Assembly (NCBI GenBank): GCA_002633005.1
Contig: NMRA01000308.1
Coordinates: forward strand, 417,961-481,960
From: Phoronis australis
Taxonomy: Eukaryota > Animalia > Phoronida
Length of the DNA: 64,000 nucleotides
Direction: 5' to 3'
Made by a program: the position numbers and the translations under genes. A model generated the notes under the pieces. That model made no database searches. It saw only the letters and a program-made list of their open reading frames with translations, and was not told the DNA's origin. Shown piece after piece: positions 1 to 11,304 of this stretch (positions are counted from its first letter, which is position 1; each line of letters begins with the position of its first letter).

Positions 1-129
1 GGCTTTCAGAAGATGCTTTCCATTTTTCGCTAGGACGTCTACTTTTCGAGTTATTTGAGATTTTTTGATAACGCTGTTCCTTTGTTGAGCGCTCTTGCTG
101 CATTGATGTTGGTTTATCTTCTATTGAAC

Positions 130-430
130 TAGACTGTAGCCTATTTCTTATTGATTTATGACATCTAAGTTCGTCATATGAATGTTGTGATGTTTTTCGT
201 CATCGCCACCACCATCATCATATTCGTCATCATCGTCGTCATCTTCGTCATCATCTCCGTCGTTGTCTTTTCCGTTAATTTCGCCAAGTGTCGCTCAAGA
301 CTAGCCTTTTTCTTACTGATTTCGGACTTCTACGTTCGTCATGTGTATGTTATTAACTTCTTTTGTTCATCCTCACCACCATCTTCGTCATATTCGTCGT
401 CTTCGTCATCATCTTTATCGTCATCTTTTT
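130..430. repeat. Two diverged ~165-bp units with (TCR)n low-complexity tails
   Basis: TAGCCT.TTTCTTA.TGATTT ... GTTCGTCAT ... CACCACCATC occurs at ~136 and ~302. Confidence 0.55.
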
Positions 431-549
431 GGTTAATGTCGCCAAGTTTCGCTCCTCGGAGCGCTTTCATTTTGTTTTCGAAAGTTGAGAAATAGAGTCA
501 AAGCGACATTATTGGTGAGAAAAGTGATTTTTTTTTCTAAGATCCACGG

Positions 550-616
550 TAACATGAAATTGAAACCACAACCTCGGCAGTTGCAGTCCAATGCTCTACT
601 AATAGAGCTAAGCCCC
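550..616 (-). repeat. tRNA-derived (Cys-GCA-like) SINE head or pseudo-tRNA
   Basis: Minus strand GGGGCTTAGCTCTATTAGTAGAGCATTGGACTGCAACTGCCGAGGTTGTGGTTTCAATTTC: A-box/D-arm and GCA loop, but degenerate B-box and acceptor stem. Confidence 0.5.
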
Positions 617-1910
617 ACCTGATAAATGGCAGAGTTTTTTGAGTGTATTTCACTGGTGCATTTTGATGACAAGGTACGGGTCTTGATTTCAGTGCATTTC
701 TGGCTGATTATGTCGAGAATTGGAAGTCGGTTATTCATGTTCTTTGGTCATTTGTCTAGAAAATTTCGATGATTTATTCGGCTGTTTTAAACTGCTTTCC
801 TAATTCCACTGAACCTTTACTTCGTGACATAACATTCTTTACCAACTGCAAGCGACTTACCGTCAGTGGGAATGGTCATTTAACACCGAACTGAATTTAG
901 TGCTGTATTAAATTTGCTTCTCTTCAAAACAGCATAAAATTTAGTCCAAAGACTTAACTCTGAGAGAAAGATTAAAGAGGGAATAAAGTGGCCCAAGTGA
1001 CATTTGAGACCCTTACATACTAACTTAACTCCAGTATTAACAGAGCGTCGACGTAAACTGCAAAGTTAATTTGATAGTTCTTACCAGCTCTGTTGTTAAA
1101 TCCACCCGTTTACTGGGAAGTTAACTGGCGCTAACCATTTATCCTGACCGCAACTCTCCAAAACATTGATGCGTCGACGTTTGTATGAAAGGGTCTTTGG
1201 ACTAGGGGAATGGAGTAGTTAGCTATCGGCCACCTGTTGCGTTTATGGACCTAGCTTATGAGCCTGTCCTGGGCTCTTTGTCAGGGTTATGGTAGGAATT
1301 TTCATGTCACATGGTCAACAGTGTGTGGTCCTTGGTGGTTGTCCAACACCGCCTGGTGGTCGTTATTTGCGAGGAGGTGCTGGTAAATAGCTGTCTCTGT
1401 TCAATTTTGTTGTGTCTCCCACCATTGGACTAATGAGTCATGACTACAGATAAGTACTTCGCAGTTCCATTACTGATGTCAATGCTTGACACTATAGTTT
1501 AGTTTCATTGTTAATGGTATTATCTTTTTGCCAAGCTCTGAGTTAGTTGACCAAAATCCATTTATATTCTACAGTGGGATTTTTATTCAACTTGAGCTGG
1601 GTCCGCAAACACAAACTGGTGGCCGCTAGGTAACTACTCTTTTCCTTATACTATGTAACAGCGCCACTTATGAACATTCATTCTGACTTAGATGTGTTAA
1701 ATACATGGTTGTTGGTCAACACAATCATGTTATTTCTTCTATTACTCTTAACATTAACTGTCAACGTTAATTACTATCTCACAACCCCGTCAAGAACCCC
1801 AATTTGGCACTACAAAAAATTTAGGGTCGCTTCTACTGATCCAAGCAAATGACGTCATCTTTGTGACACGAGACCTGCAGGCCCTTTGCCTTACCACTCG
1901 GTGACAGGTG

Positions 1911-2380
1911 CAGATTTCAAATATCAGAATTTCAAAATTACGTCTATTAGAAACAATTAAATGTCTTAATTAAATACAACATCACAGACACTTGTACTTG
2001 CTTAGAATATCCGATGTAGTCGTAGTGCCCTAATTGCGTGGCTTCTTTGAAGTCAATAGTGCTGTGCCGATGAGGGCCACTCAGACTTACTCAAATGATA
2101 TCAAAGGCTTATTTACAACTAAAGACATCAACAGCAGCGTTTGGCTGGAAGAAAACTTACCACACGGTGAGGGTAAATTGAAGATTTCGAATCATAGAAT
2201 TTCAAAATTAGGTTTAATAGAAGCAACAGAGATTAAATACAGTGATACAAATATAGACACTTGCAGCTGCTTAGAATATCCAACGGAGTTGCAGTGACCT
2301 GATGGCGTGGCGCCTTCTAAGTCAGTAGTGCTGTCCCGGTAGAGGCCACTTACGCAAAATAACATCAAAGGCTTATTCAC
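1911..2380. repeat. Diverged direct repeat, 2 x ~270 bp
   Basis: AGAATTTCAAAATTA, GACACTTG, GCTTAGAATATCC and ATCAAAGGCTTATT each occur twice. Confidence 0.75.
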
Positions 2381-2707
2381 CTAGACATTAAAGTCTGTGG
2401 TCCCTGCATGCTGTGCCGGACTGGTTGGCAATCAGGGGAGATTCGTCAGACCCACAGCGACATCCTTGCGCGGAGTGCATGTACCAGCGGACTAATCTGT
2501 CTGTAGTCGCTCCGTGACAGTTAGGGATTATACCGGATCGTAGGGTGGCATTACACATCTAACTGATCAATTTGCATTTTTAATATGTCTGAGTGTGAAC
2601 GACACAACTAACAGCACACCGATCACTGAGTCCCACAGGAAGTTGGAAGCAAAATATCAAATAAATAGGACAGACAAAGCAAGCGCAACATATCTATAGG
2701 TCGTCAT

Positions 2708-2995
2708 TTTTATGCACCCACATATTTATATGTGGACGCATTATTCCGTCATCTTTGTCCGTCTGTCCATCCGTCCATCTGGGCAGTGTCCGTCTGGCGT
2801 CTGGTGTCCACTGCTCTAACTTCAAAATCGTTTGACGTATGTTCATGAAATTTTGCACATTTGTTCCTTTCATGGATGAGACGGCATGAGCACACTTTCC
2901 GACGGATCTGACTACTGGTGTGCCCCGTAGTGGTAATTTTAGTTTTTTACGTTTACCTCTATATCTTCAAAGGTCCTCAATGTATTTTGTCAAAC
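2708..2995 (+). mobile_element. HINE copy, 5' part only
   Basis: Near-identical to 8598-8880 (hairpin, CGTC microsatellite, first subunit). Confidence 0.75.
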
Positions 2996-5519
2996 TTTAT
3001 TAAATCTACCTTTCATCATTTGAAGTGAAAGGCGAATTCTACTTGGCATTATATGGTTTGAAGTCAGGGAAATACTTCAATCTAACGGCGTCCCCGTCGC
3101 AGCATAAGCCATCTGAATGCTGGCTGCACACTTTTGTTGATACGTGCCTTGTGTATACAAAGCTGTGGTACCCGACGGGTTTATTTGTACACCCTATCGT
3201 AATGTTGAGTTCAACGATGCGAAAGTTTAATCCTCGCTGTCTAATTGACACGTACATTTGAGTAGCTAAATATGCAACACCCAGGCTCTTAATCGAGCCA
3301 AGCTGGTATACGGCTGTTTTATTTAGAATGGTCGCCATTCATGTCAGTTGTATGACGTTTTGCATTGGTTCAAATACTGCAATATTTGGTTTACCGTGAG
3401 TGAATCGAAAGCAGTCACAGATCTGCGCAGCTGTTCAATTTGCTGGGTTGGAAGGGTGCTTTACCTGGTTACACAGTTGTTCTGGTTAGTAATCATTATC
3501 AATTGTTCTGGTTAGTAATCATGTTATCAATTGTTCTGGTTAGTAATTATGTTATTAGTTCACTCATGCTTAAAGATGGTGAAGTTTTGGATTGGTGAAG
3601 TTCTTTGAGCAAAGTCATTAATAACTGTCCCAACCAGAGATCAGCTGTTGAGGCTGTGGTTAGTGTGGAAATGTGCTGTCTCACAAAGATGATATCAATA
3701 TACCAGTCTACGCTAATTGGTCAAGACCAGGTTGGTTTCGGATGGGGGCACATAATCCCAAATGCACAAATTGTGTTGTAATTAATTAGCGGTTGTGTGC
3801 AACAAGATTTGTTGCACAAAAGTACATTTATTTAACATGTGTAAAAGGCAGTTGGCTCATTTTGCCCTGTCTTTAATCCACTGCAGTAAATATGGCTACA
3901 GCAGTAATGTGTTCTCATCACTTTGATGAGAGTTTGCGTGAGGGTGATCAATTTCACGCCATTACACTAGTCTCAGTCACCAGATGGCATTAGTTGTGCC
4001 TTATGTCTTGCTGTAAAAAATATCACGTTTCCAGAAAGTCTAGGTACAAATTGGTCTCCAGGCCATTTTGACTTTACCTTCACCCAGGCATCATTTCAAA
4101 TGATCAACACATACTCCATCTGTGGTCTTAATCTGTAGTAGTGGTTAGGTAGGAATGCTGGCGATTTAATACGGTTGTTATTAATTATCCAAGAAATATT
4201 ATGCAGTTTCTTCACTTTAGTTTGCCCAGTGAGACTCCAGGTTTAGTGATAGGAAAACCTGCAAACAAACTCCTGCAGTTATTCATATACAGTTTTCTCA
4301 GAGGCTAAAGCACCTGCTTTTTGCCGACATGTGAACAGATATTAATGACAGTATGGAATAGTTGTACCATCCTTGGTATCCACTAGTAAAGTACACATGT
4401 TCTGTATAGCACAGTGGGTGTGTGTGTGTGTTGGCTGTGTAAGCTATGCACTGTGTGATCTGTATTTGAACTGAGATCAGTTTACAAGCCACTTTGAATA
4501 CCTTCACATCTGACTAAATATCTAGTGCTAGTGATCCTGTTGTAGTTTCAGCCTTGATAAAGCAAGACCAACAAAAGGGTATAATAGTTACTTACATGGG
4601 TCCCCCAAGTTGAGAACCATTTTTCCCAACCAAATTATGGGCATCGAACTGGTTATCAAAATCGGGCAATTGGTACTAGGTTAACACCAGTGGCTAATAT
4701 GCTAGGAGGTTTACTTGGCTAAAATGCAGACAGATGTGCTGTCCGTGAAGGAGTCATTTTTGCCAGCATTTAGTTTGTTTCCTTACCACCTGAATCACAT
4801 TTTAAAGCAAAAATTAATTTCAGTATTGGTTCACGCTAAGCCATGAGTTTGTTGATGCGATGATAAACGCTGCATAGGATGTATCTTATGAAGTAGCCAG
4901 TTTGGTTGCAAATGTTTTAACAAAAACTCTTGTAGTTTTGGGTTAACCCAAACCGCCTGCCACTGTGACACTTGAAAACCTTGACATTACTGGTGTTTTT
5001 CTTTTAGCAAAAGTGTGAACAAAAACTCTGACTTAGCCAGTTTTTGGACAGGGTGTTAGTTTGCCATGAAATATACAAAAATCTCTGGATCTAACTTGTA
5101 ACACACATTCTTTGTCTGTTGAGATGTAGTTTTCAACTTCATTGACTGTGAAATTGTTAAAAAAACATTCAAGTGTTGTTCATATTACTGCTTGTATGCT
5201 CATGAAATCAGCTATATTATGTTGTGATAAAGAACTTATCTACATGACATTCAAGAACCGGTGAACAAAGAAAGTGAGAGATATGGCCAAATGAAGTCCA
5301 GTTATCTTATCTCTGACATAATGATGAATTAAAAGATTATAAGACTACAGTATTCCTGGTAATAAAAGTGTCCATGGCCCTATAAGCACCACTCACCCGT
5401 TTCAGACTTCGGCGAAATAAGCGCCCAGCCCATGAATGTGTATATGTGAAAAATGCCTTACCTACAGTCCTAAAATTCCTCAGTAACGTTCAATTTATCA
5501 ACAAGATCCGACAGTCCTT

Positions 5520-5800
5520 AAAAAATCATTGTGCGTAGAATTGCTAGACCACCAGCCTCGCCGCTATGTCGATATTTAGCCGTGACTATACACATCTGTC
5601 ATTCTTCAAGAACAACACAAAGTTTCCCCGATCTTGCAAGGAATGTGTCCCACTATGGTCTGGCCTTTCAGAACAGACACGGTGTACTTGTCAACGGGAT
5701 TGAATCTTTCCCGTACAGATTCCATATCTTCTCCCTCTACAGGATTCCAAATTTTCTTTGTACACGTGGAAACCCCAAATCGAAGACTAATAAAAAACTT
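5520..5800 (-). pseudogene. Frameshifted HIRAN-like domain coding relic
   Basis: Across frameshifts reads SSIWGFHVYK/KIWNPVEGEDMESVRERFNPVDKYTVSVLKGQTIVGHIP.../CIVTAKYRHSGEAGGLAI, matching the invertebrate GxHVY..W.P..GE....RE..N..D...V.V......VGH.P pattern. Confidence 0.7.
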
Positions 5801-6002
5801 GGAGTGACCAGGAAGCACGCTTTGCATACCTTGTTATCACTGATATTAGTCTTCGGGAACTATCTACTCATGAACGGGTAGCATAGCATCGTCAAGAAAT
5901 AAATGTTGGCACTGGTTTCTGAAAGTTTCTAATCTGTAAAAAACTTCTGCAAATCATAATTCATGTTTTTAAAATCAAATAACTGATAAAATGACCCACA
6001 GC

Positions 6003-6199
6003 TAGTGAACACTTCCGCACCCTTATACCCGGATCTCCAGGAAAATAACTGTCAGAGTGTCATGCATTTAGTGAACACTTCTGCACCCTTACACCCGGAT
6101 CTCCGGGAAAATAACTGTCAGAGTGCCATGCATTTAGTGAACACTTCCGCACCCTTACACCCGGATCTCCGGGAAAATAACTGTCAGAGTGTCATGCAT
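6003..6199. repeat. 66-bp tandem x3
   Basis: TAGTGAACACTTCCGCACCCTT...GTCATGCAT. Confidence 0.9.
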
Positions 6200-7043
6200 C
6201 CAGTGCCCAGCTACTCAATGCCATTTAATATTGTCCTTGTGGAGATAATTTTCTAACATTTTGTAGCAGATGAGACCAGCAAGTGCTAAATAAAACACCT
6301 TCTGCTTAACTGCATGTGTGTTTTTCTTTAATTACAATCCACACCTAGATTGTTACATTGTGTTTACTGTGGCAAATAAACTCTGATGACACGAATGCGC
6401 TTGCTCACTCACACACACTCAGAGGAACTTCAAAACAAACGTCATGTGAGAACAGCAAGTGCATTTGTCCAGAAATTTTTTCTCGTTACGGGATATGATT
6501 TAACACATATTTGGACAAAATCTGATGTTAAAATTGATTCCACAGAAACTTAAAAATCAGAGGCACGCTATTTGGAAAACTTAAGGAGGATTTCATGTAA
6601 TTTGTTTGTTGAGTCGAAACTATTTTTATTCAATTATTCAAGTTGCCATATCAACGATCGTGAGGCAGTAACGCCTCAGTAAGTTTTCATTTTGGGATTT
6701 CAGCACAATTTTCTGAAAAATGATCGTAATTCAACTACGAAGTTTGATAAAGCACCACAATTTTGTAGAAAGTCCGTCATCGGTTACAGATAGGCCAGAG
6801 AGGGTGAATTTGATGAATCTTAGCTTCCGATTTCACCGGTTTCGGAGAAGTGAATTTTTCTAAGCACGCGGGTGCTTATTAAGCCGAATAGGGTAGGTCA
6901 CAATTACCAGGTAGCTATTATCTATTGAACAATTGGATTGTAATGCTGTTGGTTCTAAATATCCCAAAAGTTATTGATAAATCTCCATGCTCTAGATAAA
7001 TGCAATGGAATGTTTCATCACAGTAAACAAATAGCGCGTTAAA

Positions 7044-7410
7044 TTATGGGCCCTCTATGGTAGGCCGGTAATTCATCATGGGCCTTCTATGGGTAGGCCT
7101 GTAATAGCATTAGGCCCTCTGTGGTAGGCTTGTAATTCATTATAGGCCCTCTATGGTAGGCCTGTAATTCATTATGGGCCTTCTATGGTAGGCCTGTAAT
7201 TCGTTATGGGCCTTCTATGGTGAGCGTGTAATTCATTATGGGCCCTCTATGGTAGGCCTGTAATTCATTATGGGCCTTTTATGGTAGGCCTGTAATTCAT
7301 TATGGGCCTTCAATGGTAGGCCTGTAATTCGTTATGGGTCTTCTATGGTAGGCCTGTAATTCATTATGGATCTTCTATGGTAGGCCTGTAATTCATTATG
7401 GGCCTTCTGT
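7044..7410. repeat. 32-bp minisatellite x~11
   Basis: GGTAGGCCTGTAATTCATTATGGGCCTTCTAT. Confidence 0.92.
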
Positions 7411-7569
7411 AGTCATTTCTCATTTTACTCAGTAAACTACTGAAGTACATACAATTCATTCTAAGACTTTCAATAAAAATTATCGTTATATGTTTTTCAC
7501 AAACTAGTCAGCACGCCATCTGTGGCCACATCACGGGACCCAATGAATGTTAGTCTGAAAAGATATGTG

Positions 7570-7612
7570 CCCCAACGGTGATCCGAACCCGAGACCTTCT
7601 GCTAACTGCAGA
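7570..7612 (-). repeat. SINE-like fragment with Pol III B-box
   Basis: Minus strand GAAGGTCTCGGGTTCGGATCACC. Confidence 0.3.
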
Positions 7613-7936
7613 ATTACGTACATTTATATACTTAGTATGTTTCATTTCAGTAAAAATGATTTAACAAGATTTCCAAAGCAGTTTCTAGGTACCTAATTGA
7701 GAATGTCACTAAATTATGTGTAGGTTATGGTGGATATGGCGTTTTCATGGCACTTTGATTATTAATAACTTGTTGGCTATGGAGCTTGAAATAGAAACTT
7801 TTAAGTTTTAGTAGGTGGAGGTATTGGTGACCAGGCGTAAGGTAGCCTTCATATCGATGGAGAAACACTCCTCTTTTTAGGGGCACAGCCAGCGCAGAAA
7901 TTATTGAAGAGATTCATGTGCCAGAATGAAAAGGGG

Positions 7937-8110
7937 TTCGTTGTAATTAAATGAATAATTGTGGTCACTCCTTTTCACATTCGTTGTAATTAAATGAATA
8001 ATTGTGGTCACTCCTTTTCACATTCGTTGTAATTAAATGAATAATTGTGGTCACTCCTTTTCACATTCGTTGTAATTAAATGAATAATTGTGGTCACTCC
8101 TTTTCACATT
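7937..8110. repeat. 43-bp perfect tandem x4
   Basis: TTCGTTGTAATTAAATGAATAATTGTGGTCACTCCTTTTCACA. Confidence 0.93.
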
Positions 8111-8597
8111 GAGACTTTATCAAAGCTAAATATGCTGTTGGTGTATTGTGGAAAGACACCATGACACCATATGGGACACAAAATGTTTAGAACTTAGCTC
8201 TCACTAATATTAATCATGCACGGTTGTGTATGGTGTCGGGTCAAAATAATATTCAAATTCATCCCACCTGATTGAAAGTATATATTTTGTAAACCCCGAT
8301 TTTATACATATTGTCTAGAGAAATCTACTTGGCTTCAACATGCCAACAACGGTGCACCTTTGTGCACTTTAACATAATATGGTGACCTGCATAAAGTGCA
8401 TTTGAATAAATTTATTGAATGTGAACCCTACAGGGCAGCTGGAGGAATCTCCTGATAATTATTATAATTAGTTTATGGCCAATTACAGCTGTATTGCAGA
8501 AATAATTGGTGTCTTTTTGTGAGGGATAATTGACTGAGGCTGAGGCAGTAGCCCTTATTGTCATGGAGACTGGAATGTGAGCACTTATAGACTGATA

Positions 8598-9942
8598 TTT
8601 ATGCACCCACATATTTATATGTGGACGCATTATGCCGTCATCTGCATCCGTCCGTCCGGGCGGCGTCCGTCCAGCGTCTAACGTCCGCTGCTGTATCTCC
8701 AAAACGGATTGACATATGTTCATGAAATTTTGCACATGTGTTCCATTCATGGATGTGGCGACATGAGCAAGCTTTCGGATGGATCTGACTTCCAGTGTGC
8801 CCCCTAGTGGCAATTTTACGTTTTTACGTTTACCTCTGTGTCTTCAAAGGTCCTCAACGTATTTTCATAAAATTTGATATATAGGCACCTATTAGTGAGA
8901 CGACAATATCTACTCGTTTTCGGATGGATTCAGCGTAATTTGCGCCACCTAGTGGCCATTTTTACTGTTTTTGAGTCTGTTTTTTGATGTCCACCCCTCT
9001 ATCAACCAAACATCTCAAAGCATGATTGTGAAAATTAGCATGTATGTTCTTACTATAAAGAGGACGGTTGACGATGATTTTCCGATGATTTCAACCACTG
9101 TGGCGCCTCCTAGTGGCAGTTTTGTTTTTTTTGCACATATGGCTGTATCTCCTAAACCATTTGCAGCATCTTTACTAAATTTAGTTAGTGCATTTATAAG
9201 ATGTTGGCAATGGACAGCGATGACTTTCGACAGTTCTGATGACTGGTGTGCCACCTAGTGGCAATTTATTATTTTACATTTACACCTCTGTATCTTCAAA
9301 GGTCCTCAACGTAATTTCATAGAATTTGGCGTACAGGCTTCTGTTCGTGAGGTGACACTATCTCTCCATTTTCAGATGGATTCAACCTAGTTTGCGCCAC
9401 CTATTGGCCATTTTTACTGTTTTCGTGTCTATTTTTTTGGCGTCCACCTCTCTGTCAACTAAACTGATTTCAGGAAAATTGTGAAAATTGGCATATATGT
9501 TCTCAGTGTGAAGAGGGCGGCTGATGATGACGACTTTGACTACTGTGGCACCTCCTAGTGGTAGTTTTGTTTTGTTTTGCGCCCATAGCTGTATCTCCTA
9601 AACCCACTGTAGGTTCTGTATTAAATTTAATTAGTAAATGTATTTATATGACGCTAACAACAATGACGACTTTCAGGCAGATCCAATGAACACTGTGCCC
9701 CCTAGTGCCAATTTCATTTTATTCTGTTTTCATTTGTTTCTCTTAAGTTCTGTGACGGATTTCTATGAAATTTGGTGTATAGCTTTCTATTAAATAAGCA
9801 ATGACTTGTTCCCGTTTTCAGATGGATTGTATGTTTTTGCGCCATCTAGTGGCCATTTTTATGTCACAATTAAGCAACCCTAACAGCACACCATTTGCGA
9901 TGCATTCGTGGGCGCATTTCAACACTCCACGTTGCTCTTGTT
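8598..9942 (+). mobile_element. Non-autonomous Helentron (HINE/DINE-1-like), full-length copy with 8 CTCF-like subunits
   Basis: 5' T-run + ATGCACCCAC-atatttatat-GTGGACGCAT hairpin, (CGTC)n microsatellite, internal ~150-bp tandem subunits, 3' subTIR GTGGGCGCAT followed by stem-loop CAAC..GTTG and CTCTTGTT. Confidence 0.8.
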
Positions 9943-10218
9943 TTATACTTTGTTCAGGCACTTTGTTGTCTCCATGTTTGTTTTTAATATCACTGTTATC
10001 TTAATGTGTATTGTTTTGTTTTTCTTGCAATCCTGATCTTTCCTGTTCTGTATTCAATTCAACTTTTTCCCTGTATAAAAAACTCCTTATTCGTCTGCAG
10101 CATTTCATGACAGTGTTAAGGTGGCACTCATGCTGGTTGTGTAATTGAAATACCTGGCCCACTCAGTTCTAGATCTTCTTTTCCACTGAGTGTTCGAAAC
10201 CCAAAAATAAGAATTATA

Positions 10219-10305
10219 CCGTAATCGTTCGGGTTAACGCCCATGCTCAGTTAACCGCCCATCCCCGATTTTAAGTGGATTTTCGATTTAACCGCCCACT
10301 GCAAT
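10219..10305. mobile_element. Terminus of the same CCGTA element family
   Basis: TA|CCGTAATCGTTCGGGTTAACGCCCA...GTGGATTTTCGATTTAACCGCCCA matches the reverse complement of ~45550-45624. Confidence 0.65.
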
Positions 10306-11207
10306 TGTATTTTGGGTGAAAGACTTCAAAAGCCTTGTAAAAAGTGTAATAAAACTGATTCCAAACTGATGCCATTTTTTACGCATACCGCAACTGCTGC
10401 CGACTACTTCGAAATGACCAAAAGTACATAAAGTCTGCTATTTTCATCCCAAAACTCAATATAGCATGAGATTACAATAAACTGCGAGACAGTGCTTTCA
10501 GATTGCCAAAACTCTCCAGATCTGGAGTTGGATGTAGCTTTCATTGGTAAGAGACCATCGCAATTATCACCATTTTTACTAGTGTAAAACTCTACGCTTT
10601 AACGATGAACCAACCTATAGTAGAAATGTCATTAAGTTTCAACCAAAAACAAAATTGTTAGTTAATAAATGTTTTGTTTTTATACCTCATCACTGTTCAA
10701 GCAAACACTGGCATCACTTTATAGCACTTGTGCAATTAACAGATACAGAAGCATAGATCCTATAAAAATATCCCTGTTTTTTACACTTTCGGGAGAGGGA
10801 CGGAGGGAAGTTGAGGAAGTCCGGTTTGTACGGTGGTGAAAATACTTAATTGTGAACAGTGCCTAACTGCTCGAACAAGACCTTGTAGTCTGGTTGTAAT
10901 TCCTTGACCAACTGTCCAATCATAGACATGTACAGCTGTATCTGGGTTGGATGTAATTTAAACAATTTCTAATCGAATAATTTCAATTCTTACAAATGGC
11001 AAAGAAGTGTGAATGACTCAATTTATAAACCCATTCTAAACCCTTTCCAGCTGCATACTTAACGATAATAACAATTTCATATCTTTACAAGAATGTTGAA
11101 ATTGAAAATATCGTCTCTCCAACACTCCTGTGTGGTTGTTTTCAGCTATATCAAAGTCATGTACGCTGACTCAATGTAAGTTTGACTGAACCTCGTCTTC
11201 GTTTCAG

Positions 11208-11304
11208 TTGGCAGCCAGAGAGGAAGGTCAACTTCAACGAGTTGTTTATTGTACAAAATTCTGAGCAGACGAGAAAAGATTTTGGAGACAAGGAAAAGGT
11301 GGAG
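11208..11304 (+). CDS. FMR1: FMR1 exon, end of first Agenet/Tudor repeat ([32 protein letters not shown])
   Basis: gtttcag|T TGG CAG CCA GAG ... GTG GAG|gtaggt; matches human FMR1 exon 3 WQPDRQIPF...DEVE in sequence and phase. Confidence 0.88.

Larger units (their letters stand above)
5348..6895. mobile_element. Degenerate TA-flanked TIR element carrying a HIRAN-like relic and a 66-bp tandem
   Basis: TACAGTATTC..AATAA ... CTTATTAAGCCGAATAGGGTA imperfect inverted ends; subterminal TAAGC(G/A)C motifs. Confidence 0.45.

Noticed and set aside
550-616. Functional tRNA-Cys gene
   Set aside because: T-loop/B-box is degenerate and the acceptor stem does not pair; kept only as a SINE or pseudogene.
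1670-1735. Possible LINE reverse transcriptase fragment (IHSDLDVLNTWLLVNTIML)
   Set aside because: Too short to support without a database search.
8598-9942. HINE motif array as a CRISPR-like repeat-spacer array
   Set aside because: The inter-motif segments recur every third unit and across copies, so they are a higher-order tandem repeat rather than acquired spacers.
1-11207. FMR1 exons 1-2 (MEEL.VEV...YK / AFVKDVHEDS)
   Set aside because: No convincing match found. Candidates at ~626 (MAEFFECISLVHFDDK) and ~10100 (AFHDSVKVA) lack similarity or correct splice phase.
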